In this document: positions 28,599-35,141 of the stretch, piece after piece
Position numbering within the stretch: position 1 is the stretch's first letter
Layout of the letters: every line of letters begins with the position of its first letter
NCBI GenBank assembly: GCA_958414825.1
Contig: CATYXQ010000004.1
Location: 8,667-72,666, forward strand
DNA from: an uncultured Eubacteriales bacterium
Lineage (GTDB): Bacteria > Bacillota > Clostridia > Oscillospirales > CAG-272
Direction of reading: 5' to 3'
Length of the DNA stretch: 64,000 nucleotides
Notes under the pieces: model-generated
Told to the model about the DNA's origin: nothing
The model's database searches: none
What the model saw: the letters and a program-made list of their open reading frames with translations, nothing else
Made by a program: the position numbers and the translations under genes

Positions 28599-29222
28599 TT
28601 AATTCATATAATTTGTAACGATATAGCATTTTTCCAGATTTACGCTAATCAAATAGTCATCGACTACGCCTACAATGTAAATCTCATCTCCTTTAGATAA
28701 TTCCGCCGCTTTATCAATTTCTTCTTCATCCGTAATGGTACAACGTACACTGTTTAGCGAATATTTTTCGTCATCGGATAAAGAAATATAAACATCATCT
28801 AAAATATCCTTACCTAAACTATTTATATTGCCCTGTACTAATATAAGCTTCCCTTGATAGGCTTTTTCCGCTTTTAGTTCATTTTCCAGATATGCGTTAA
28901 TTAAGTCGGGCGCGCTGATCACATCAAGTGATTTTATTTTTTCGGAAATAAAAGTACTGATATTGGCGTCAGGTTTTTTCTCTTCCAGTTCTTTCAGTAT
29001 ATCAAGCATTTTCGGAAAATCCGAATCATTAAACGCTTTTTCAGCAAGGTCAAAATATTTTTCGCTTATGCTTTCCGTTGTTGTAGGTAATGTGACTTCA
29101 TCGAGCATAACAGACAGGTTGTCTGTCGAATTTGTAGTGTAAGCCGGATCTGTAATAGTTACACAACTAAATAAAGCGAGAAGCATCAACACCGCTGCAA
29201 TGACAAGAATACATTTTTTCAT
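28599..29222 (-). CDS. Moron-encoded lipoprotein with an OB-fold (tRNA_anti-like) C-terminal domain
   Basis: ORF track. Signal peptide with a lipobox-like LFSC (MKKCILVIAAVLMLLALFSCVT). The C-terminal pattern AYLENELKAEKAYQGKLILVQGNI...VRCTI...LSKGDEIYIVGVV...LEKCYI matches the tRNA_anti-like OB-fold family pattern as I remember it. Confidence 0.65.
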   Translation of the reverse strand: MKKCILVIAAVLMLLALFSCVTITDPAYTTNSTDNLSVMLDEVTLPTTTESISEKYFDLAEKAFNDSDFPKMLDILKELEEKKPDANISTFISEKIKSLDVISAPDLINAYLENELKAEKAYQGKLILVQGNINSLGKDILDDVYISLSDDEKYSLNSVRCTITDEEEIDKAAELSKGDEIYIVGVVDDYLISVNLEKCYIVTNYMN

Positions 29223-29249
29223 ATTTTTATCCCCCTATGATTTTCCATA

Positions 29250-29278
29250 ATTTTACTATAATTTGGAAGTAGTGTCAA
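29250..29278 (-). promoter_or_regulatory. Near-consensus sigma-A promoter for the lipoprotein/TM-protein operon
   Basis: Minus strand: TTGACA (29278..29273), a 17-nt spacer, then TAAAAT (29255..29250). Confidence 0.55.
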
Positions 29279-29339
29279 TTGATTCGACCAAAAAAGACAC
29301 AAATTTTATAAAAGCATTTGAGAAATAGCAGATATGCTA

Positions 29340-29367
29340 TTGACAAAAATAGCGAATATGCTATAAT
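29340..29367 (+). promoter_or_regulatory. Near-consensus sigma-A promoter (extended -10) for the DUF4160/DUF2442/XRE operon
   Basis: TTGACA (29340-29345), a 16-nt spacer, then TGcTATAAT (29359-29367). It is flanked by direct repeats AGATATGCTAT and GAATATGCTAT, which could be operator half-sites. Confidence 0.6.
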
Positions 29368-29395
29368 AAAATTTACAGTAAGGAGGATGAATGCA

Positions 29396-29662
29396 GTGCC
29401 GGAATTATGTAGATTTTTCAATATCGTTATAAAAATGATTTTCAGTGATAACGATCAGCATCACAAACCGCATTTTCATGTTTATTATGCAGAATTTGAA
29501 GCCTCTGTCGGAATTGACGGAGAATTGATGGCCGGAAGTCTTCCGGTTAAGCAATTACGGCTTGTACAGGCATGGGCGGCGATACATGAAGAGGAACTTT
29601 ATGCAGCTTGGAACAACGCTGTAAGGAACATGCCGATTGAGAAAATTGAGCCGTTAAGATAA
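29396..29662 (+). CDS. DUF4160 family protein
   Basis: ORF track lists 29318..29662. The GTG at 29396 lies 9 nt after AGGAGG and gives an N-terminus (M)PELCRFFNIVIKMIFSDNDQHHKPHFHVYY. This matches the DUF4160 pattern (MP.is.F.GI.I.my..dH.PPHfHv.y). Confidence 0.8.
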   Translation: MPELCRFFNIVIKMIFSDNDQHHKPHFHVYYAEFEASVGIDGELMAGSLPVKQLRLVQAWAAIHEEELYAAWNNAVRNMPIEKIEPLR

Positions 29663-29674
29663 GGGGGCATAAAA

Positions 29675-29974
29675 ATGTATATTGAGAATGGGATAGCCTA
29701 TGCGGGAGAGAAAAAAGCACCGTTGAAAATTATCGGCGTTCGTCCCCTCGCGGATTATAATCTGTGGGTGCGTTTCAGCACAGACGAAGTAAAAATATTT
29801 GATTTTAAACCGCTGTTGGAAGCTCCCTGTTTTAAGCCTTTAAAAGACGTCGGTGTATTCAGCGGCGTTTATATCGACTATGGTTGCACGGTATGGAACG
29901 ACGGGGCTATCGATATAGCGCCAGAATATCTTTATGAGAACGGTGTAGCAGTGAGGAGTGTTTCCAATGCCTGA
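29675..29974 (+). CDS. DUF2442 family protein
   Basis: ORF track. IIGVRPLADYNLWVRFSTDEVKIFDFKPLL...GAIDIAPEYLYENG is typical of DUF2442, which commonly pairs with DUF4160. Confidence 0.8.
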   Translation: MYIENGIAYAGEKKAPLKIIGVRPLADYNLWVRFSTDEVKIFDFKPLLEAPCFKPLKDVGVFSGVYIDYGCTVWNDGAIDIAPEYLYENGVAVRSVSNA

Positions 29975-30179
29975 AAGATGCAGCGCGATCATCGACCGTA
30001 TTATAGAGGAAAGGCACAACCGAGGAATGACACAAAAAGATTTGGCCGAAGCTGCAAGTCTTACGCAATCTGTTATCGCAAGATTGGAAAGCAAAAAAGT
30101 AACGCCTCAGCTTGATACGCTTTTAAAAGTAGCCGCCGCGCTCGGCTGTGATCTCTTGGTGGTACCTGCCGTCCAATAA
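29967..30179 (+). CDS. XRE-family helix-turn-helix protein
   Basis: ORF track lists 29958..30179. The ATG at 29967 lies 8 nt after GAGGAG. HTH: MTQKDLAEAASLTQSVIARLESKKVTPQLDTLLKVAAALG. It overlaps the DUF2442 stop. Confidence 0.8.
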   Translation: MPERCSAIIDRIIEERHNRGMTQKDLAEAASLTQSVIARLESKKVTPQLDTLLKVAAALGCDLLVVPAVQ

Positions 30180-30254
30180 CACAAAGCCTATCTTGATTCA
30201 TATTTTGCAGGAGGCTTTAAAGGAACGTTTGCATATTCAACAGTGAATAGCATT

Positions 30255-30287
30255 AAATAAAAGGAGAGCTTCGGCTCTCTTTTTTAA
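30255..30287. terminator. Bidirectional terminator at the right edge of the moron island
   Basis: AAAAGGAGAGC-TTCG-GCTCTCTTTTTT. It terminates the plus-strand XRE operon. On the minus strand it sits at the stop of the Gp15-like gene (30284) and is followed by TTTTATTT. Confidence 0.7.
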
Positions 30288-30847
30288 TCCAAGAACCCGT
30301 TCAAATAGGCTTGTTCCGCGGTGCTGTTTTTTTGCTTTAGCCGAACGATGTCCGCGTGTTCCCGCAAATAGTCGCGTTCCCATTTTTCGAGTGTTTTTCC
30401 TTTTGTCTGCTTCCCGCGAATCGAGACAACTGTTGCAAACGTGCAGTCTCCGATCTCCATATATGCGGCCAGAAACGACCACCAATGCAGATAGGGCAGG
30501 GCGCGAATATCGGATCCGACAATGCGGCTTACCGGCGCGACAATCAGCCTCAAGTCCTGCTCCCAGTCCATCAAGCGCGGCGGTTGTCTGTCCGTGTTTG
30601 GTTCCTCGCCGCCATCAATAAACCATGACATTTGGCGTATAGCTTCCTGTATATTGGATGGAATTTTCGCTCTGGGTTCTGTGTCATCATAGAAAATAGT
30701 CAGCGCCGCAATTAAGCGTTCGCCGTCGGTCAAATCCGGGTCTGTCAGCGCGGCGATTACATCAAGGATCATGCGCCAGTCTCCTCGTTTTCGGATGGCA
30801 TACGCCTGGCCGTCAATTATGACGGATTCGGGGAGATCGTAGTTCAT
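30284..30847 (-). CDS. Tail assembly chaperone, Gp15-like (T-like partner)
   Basis: ORF track lists 30284..30997. The internal ATG at 30847 forms an ATGA overlap with the upstream ORF stop. MNYDLPESVIIDGQAYAIRKRGDWRMILDVIAAL...IFYDD resembles the phage Gp15 family found just before tape measure genes. Confidence 0.65.
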   Translation of the reverse strand: MNYDLPESVIIDGQAYAIRKRGDWRMILDVIAALTDPDLTDGERLIAALTIFYDDTEPRAKIPSNIQEAIRQMSWFIDGGEEPNTDRQPPRLMDWEQDLRLIVAPVSRIVGSDIRALPYLHWWSFLAAYMEIGDCTFATVVSIRGKQTKGKTLEKWERDYLREHADIVRLKQKNSTAEQAYLNGFLD

Positions 30848-31272
30848 TTTTTCGTGTATTTGGCGGTATGCTTGGCTATACGCTCGGCGCTTGCGCGGTT
30901 GGCGTCGCTGATGCGCGATTGTATGTGCGGCGTCACAGCGGCCAAAAATCGCTCTGCAAAGGTAATGCCGGATGCGTTCAGCGCAAGCGGACTGCAATAC
31001 ATAAATACCTTGTCGCTGATTTTGCTGCCAAAAATATAATCGATTTCCTGACGGATTATATTTCCGGCGAGCATTACGGCTTTTGCACTGTCGGTTTCGT
31101 CTTTGGGGATTTCCGCAAGCGCCTTTTCAATGTTTTCCCGTGATTTCTCGATGCGCATAAGGATGTCGGTATCACTCGGATTAAATTCAATGGTCACGGC
31201 CTCATCCCGATCTGTAAACACCAGATTAAATTTCTCAATGCCCTCTGAAAGATTGATGGTGTTGCTGCTCAT
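30844..31272 (-). CDS. Tail assembly chaperone (G-like)
   Basis: ORF track. 142 aa and acidic. It sits between the major tail protein and the Gp15-like ORF. Confidence 0.55.
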   Translation of the reverse strand: MSSNTINLSEGIEKFNLVFTDRDEAVTIEFNPSDTDILMRIEKSRENIEKALAEIPKDETDSAKAVMLAGNIIRQEIDYIFGSKISDKVFMYCSPLALNASGITFAERFLAAVTPHIQSRISDANRASAERIAKHTAKYTKK

Positions 31273-31370
31273 AAAATACTCCTTAATCTTGATTGATTTT
31301 GCGGCTGCGGAGTTGCACCGCGCAAAACTGTTGCCGCCATATGGGGGAGCGCGCGCTCCCCGTGCTTGCG

Positions 31371-31901
31371 TTATACCGATACGTTCGGTGTAAAGGTAAT
31401 ATTGCTGCCTTTAAGCTTATCGACCGTACCGATAGTGCTGTCGTTGGAGAATGTAATCTCAATCGGCATATCGACCGTACCGGAACCGCCGATTGAATTG
31501 ATTGAAATCGTGCATCCGGTCTGCATTTCGGCTTCAAATGTTCCCTCGGTGGCGCCGTTTACAAAGCCGTACATAAGCAGCACCTTGAAATTGGTGAGTT
31601 CGCTCCACGCCTTGCGTTTCCAGATGTCATACAGTTTAAATGCAAGCTTTGAACCGCCTCGAATCGTAAACGGTTCAAATGTTTGCTTGGGTTCCATTTT
31701 GTTGACTGTGGTTTCGGTTACTCCGGTGATGTCGGTCACTGTGGATATGTCGGGGTTAAATTCGATTGAGCTATCTTCGACGCCCGCGCCGACGACCTGC
31801 CATTCGGGCGTCGAGCTTGTGCCGACGTCCACCGCAGTTACAAGCAGTTTACGCTCTGCCTTTTGATTTTCCGCCAGATTAAAATCCGTTGATGTTGGCA
31901 T
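31371..31901 (-). CDS. Major tail protein
   Basis: ORF track. 176 aa and Thr/Ser/Gly-rich beta-type composition. It sits directly upstream of the tail chaperones. Confidence 0.65.
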   Translation of the reverse strand: MPTSTDFNLAENQKAERKLLVTAVDVGTSSTPEWQVVGAGVEDSSIEFNPDISTVTDITGVTETTVNKMEPKQTFEPFTIRGGSKLAFKLYDIWKRKAWSELTNFKVLLMYGFVNGATEGTFEAEMQTGCTISINSIGGSGTVDMPIEITFSNDSTIGTVDKLKGSNITFTPNVSV

Positions 31902-31915
31902 TTATTTATACTCCT

Positions 31916-32362
31916 TTAATTAAAGTATTTGGTGTAGTCGATTACGACCTGCACCATGTATTTTGCGAGATGCATTCCCTCGCTTGTGTCCGCTCCTGCA
32001 AAAGAGGGGGCGGGAGGCGCAGTGATCTTGTCGATCACAACGTCGGCGGGCATTTTTGGATAATTGCGCTGCCTTGCCTGCACGCGCATCCATTCGGTTA
32101 TTTTGGCCGCATCCGCCATACGGTCAAAGTCGATTTCGGTGTGTCCGACCGGCATACAGGAGAGCGGACGCAAATCAATCAGCGCAAATGTGTATTTCCC
32201 GATTTCGTTTCCGCAGATGTCCTCGCGCACATCAGCGTTTTCCACGACTTGGAAAGACTGCTTGTCCGCTCCGACGGACAGATAATTAAAATACAGCTTA
32301 TCTGCCCGTATATCGGGACATTGCATCAGCCAATCTTTTACAGCTTGGTTCAATGCGATCAT
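31916..32362 (-). CDS. Tail terminator or head-tail joining protein (positional call)
   Basis: ORF track lists 31916..32440. The internal ATG at 32362 gives an ATGA overlap with the upstream stop. Confidence 0.5.
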   Translation of the reverse strand: MIALNQAVKDWLMQCPDIRADKLYFNYLSVGADKQSFQVVENADVREDICGNEIGKYTFALIDLRPLSCMPVGHTEIDFDRMADAAKITEWMRVQARQRNYPKMPADVVIDKITAPPAPSFAGADTSEGMHLAKYMVQVVIDYTKYFN

Positions 32363-32703
32363 CGCGCCTGCCTCCTCATGTATGCCGATACGCTGCGGAC
32401 GAGCTTGTCGCGCTGTGTTTGCATCGCCGCTTTGTCCCACATTGCAGTGGCCAGCGGGTGCTTGTCTCGGCGAAAGTGAAAATTTATACCGTAATACATG
32501 CGCGCGGCGTATGGTGCTATGTAGCGCAGATATTTCGGCGTGATCTCTACATATTCCATCAAATACCCAGTTCGCATTGGCACATATTTAGAGCAGAGCC
32601 GCCAAAGCTGTAAATGCGCGTACTGTATTACTCGATCATTTACATATCGCTCACCGATTTTCCTTGCGTCAAGCCGCTTTTTCCATGTAAGAGCTACGCT
32701 CAT
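32359..32703 (-). CDS. Head-tail joining or minor capsid protein (HK97 gp10-like by position)
   Basis: ORF track. 4-nt overlaps with both neighbours. Confidence 0.5.
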   Translation of the reverse strand: MSVALTWKKRLDARKIGERYVNDRVIQYAHLQLWRLCSKYVPMRTGYLMEYVEITPKYLRYIAPYAARMYYGINFHFRRDKHPLATAMWDKAAMQTQRDKLVRSVSAYMRRQAR

Positions 32704-32999
32704 ATATCCGCCCCCCGATAGAGCAGCGGCACCCCGTCCGCCGTTTGAATTTCGGCCAGATAGTTATAGATTAATTCGCGCCTCGCCGTGCGGTAATCTG
32801 CATCTGTATCCGTGCTGTATGCTGATGATAGTTCGCAGAGTTCCACAATCAACCGTTTCACCGGTTCCGGCATGGGTGACAGCATTGCCACCCTGCCGAA
32901 CGTATACCGGTTGATTTCCTGCATGACGCCGATGCTGATGCGGTCATAGGCGGTCTGCGTAAGTGTACCGCCGCGCGCGGTATATTCCGCATATGTCAT
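32700..32999 (-). CDS. Head-tail connector/adaptor (positional call)
   Basis: ORF track lists 32700..33161. The N-terminal 50 aa look non-coding. The ATG at 32999 is preceded by GAGGAA (an alternative ATG is at 33011). Confidence 0.45.
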   Translation of the reverse strand: MTYAEYTARGGTLTQTAYDRISIGVMQEINRYTFGRVAMLSPMPEPVKRLIVELCELSSAYSTDTDADYRTARRELIYNYLAEIQTADGVPLLYRGADI

Positions 33000-33255
33000 G
33001 CCGTTCCTCATTTCTCCGTAGACATTTTCTCCTGCGGTTTGTTTTCTTTGGGCTTCTGTGCCGGTTTTTGCTCTTGCGGGAAAGTTAATCCTATCGTTCT
33101 CGCCATTATGTACCTCCGTTGTCCGTTGGTTGCAGCGCGGCGATTTGCGCGCTGAGATCATCTATTAACGCCATAATACGATTTAGATTTTCCATAAGCT
33201 CCATTTCGCCTTTGACGTCCAACAGTCTTTTGTCTATTTGTAGCATGGCGGCGCC

Positions 33256-34128
33256 TCATGCCTTATGATGCAGGTAGATACCCGCAGTCTTGTTTTCATA
33301 CACGTCTGCAAGTCCGTAAGCGCGGTAAAAGAACAGCCATCCGTCTGATTCCTGATTGGCTTCCGGTGTGATGATCTTGTTTACAGTGTGCTTGGAATAC
33401 TGCAAAAGAGCGGGCTTGTGAATAATCATAAAGTTAATATCCTTTGCATCCGACGCTTTGACGTATCCGCCCGCCTCCTCGCCGCTGGTGGTACCGTCGT
33501 TCAGCGTGATGCCGGTGTAAAAACGCGACTGCGGCACTTTATGCACTGTCGAGAACGAGGCTAAAATGTCTTTGGATTTGGTTGTGTCTACTGCATAGAT
33601 CAGGTTGTACAGCGTAGGTGTGATGAACAACAGCCGCTCAGCGGGTACTTCGTCTTCGTCCATTTTATTTGTTGCATCGACAAGCGCGGCCAATACATCG
33701 GCGCCGGTAGCAAGCGTTGCGCCGGTGGATACTTTGGATATGCCGGTTGTACCCGCATAGGCGGCGAAGCGGAATGCATCCATCTCAGGCACAACTTTTG
33801 TGCGAATAAATTCGCTGGCCAGCCGACCGAACGCCAGTCCTGCGGTTTCCTCGTTGTCCATCGTGTCAACAGTGAATTTTCGACCGCGATCATAATTGAA
33901 CGTTACGGTTTCATTGGTTAACGTAACGTCGCCGGACACATACCCGCCGTTGCGCGAATAATCCGCGAGGCCGTCCATATTGATTTTGGGGATGATAATT
34001 TCATTTGTATTCGCTCCCATCCGTACAAGCGTGCTGTCGCCGTCCAGTACAGAAGTCAGCGATGCGTTTTTGTAAACCTCGTCGAGCAGATCAATATACT
34101 TTTTAAACAGTGTGATTTCATTAGCCAT
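33256..34128 (-). CDS. Major capsid protein
   Basis: ORF track. 290 aa, directly downstream of the scaffold gene. No domain search was possible. Confidence 0.7.
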   Translation of the reverse strand: MANEITLFKKYIDLLDEVYKNASLTSVLDGDSTLVRMGANTNEIIIPKINMDGLADYSRNGGYVSGDVTLTNETVTFNYDRGRKFTVDTMDNEETAGLAFGRLASEFIRTKVVPEMDAFRFAAYAGTTGISKVSTGATLATGADVLAALVDATNKMDEDEVPAERLLFITPTLYNLIYAVDTTKSKDILASFSTVHKVPQSRFYTGITLNDGTTSGEEAGGYVKASDAKDINFMIIHKPALLQYSKHTVNKIITPEANQESDGWLFFYRAYGLADVYENKTAGIYLHHKA

Positions 34129-34145
34129 AATTTAAAATCCTTTCT

Positions 34146-34727
34146 TTATTTTGACAGAGGCGGCAGACCCATGACCGCGCGCGCCTGATTTTCGTCTACT
34201 GCCGCTGCGCTTGGGACATGTCCCATACCGGGGATCGGTATCGGCGCGTTTGGGTTTTCAAAAAGATTCGGCGCGTCTTTGATGATCTCGTCATAGATTT
34301 CTTTGTCGCTTTTGCCTTTATTTTTTTCTTTTGCGAGGGAATCTTTAAACTGACGATATACGCCCTCGCGCGTTATATCATTTACAAACTTTGCCGTACC
34401 TGCGACTGAGGAAAAGCGGCTCATATATCCTGCCTCGGCTTCCTGTTCAAGACGTATACGCTCAGCTTCGGCTTTTTCGACCGCGATCTGGCTTTGCAGT
34501 GCTTCGAGATCGGCCTTATACTTCGCCGCATCGCCGGACGTGGCTTCAAGCTCACCGATTCGTTTTTCATATTCGGCGATTTTGTCCGCGAGCGCTTTGT
34601 TTTCCGACGTTTTATCATCAAGGTTTTTCTTTGCTTTGCCAATATCGGCGGAATTGACATCCAGCAGCGCGTTGATTTGCTCTTCGGTCGCATTGGCGAA
34701 GATTTTTGATACTTCTTCTCTTGTCAT
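34146..34727 (-). CDS. Capsid scaffolding protein (phage GP20-like)
   Basis: ORF track. Highly charged coiled-coil composition (KALADKIAEYEKRIGELEATSGDAAKYKADLEALQSQIAVEKAEAERIRLEQEAEA). It sits just before the capsid gene. Confidence 0.7.
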   Translation of the reverse strand: MTREEVSKIFANATEEQINALLDVNSADIGKAKKNLDDKTSENKALADKIAEYEKRIGELEATSGDAAKYKADLEALQSQIAVEKAEAERIRLEQEAEAGYMSRFSSVAGTAKFVNDITREGVYRQFKDSLAKEKNKGKSDKEIYDEIIKDAPNLFENPNAPIPIPGMGHVPSAAAVDENQARAVMGLPPLSK

Positions 34728-34964
34728 TGTTTTTCCTTTCCCCTTTCAGTTTGGTATCGCGGTTCCTTTCCGCTCCGGGTTGATAGTTTCGCGTCATTCC
34801 GGACAAATTTGTATAAAAAAAGCGCAATGTTTCCATTGCGCTTTCATTATTGGGGTATGCGTGGGGGCTCATTTGTCCCCCTTGCGTCTTTGGTTATCCG
34901 CTGCATAAATTGTCAGTCATTTTCTTCTTCCATTGAAAAACCCGCGCCGTTTTACCAGTGCGGG

Positions 34965-35141
34965 TTAATATCTATGCTCACCTTTGCGAATATCTTTTGC
35001 AATGTTGGCGTTGAGACGTTTAACAGCATTTTTGACTTCATCGGGCGCGTCCGGTTTGGCTACACAAATATTTTTGTCGTAGTCAATGTGCCAAGTTCCC
35101 TCGTGTTTTCCGAGAAAAATCATATCTGGGTCTTTTCTCAT
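34965..35141 (-). CDS. Small ORF (58 aa) translationally coupled to the minor-capsid/HEXXH fusion gene
   Basis: Below the ORF-track size cut-off. My own translation is MRKDPDMIFLGKHEGTWHIDYDKNICVAKPDAPDEVKNAVKRLNANIAKDIRKGEHRY. Its ATG (35141) overlaps the upstream TGA as ATGA. A weak hairpin plus T-run follows. Confidence 0.45.
   Translation of the reverse strand: MRKDPDMIFLGKHEGTWHIDYDKNICVAKPDAPDEVKNAVKRLNANIAKDIRKGEHRY

Noticed and set aside
33000-33255. Short minus-strand ORFs between the capsid gene and the connector gene: a 46-aa ORF at 33106..33246 (MLQIDKRLLDVKGEMELMENLNRIMALIDDLSAQIAALQPTDNGGT) and an overlapping 34-aa ORF.
   Set aside because: They are plausible, and the first has a coiled-coil character. 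They are too short to support without conservation data, so they are left unannotated.
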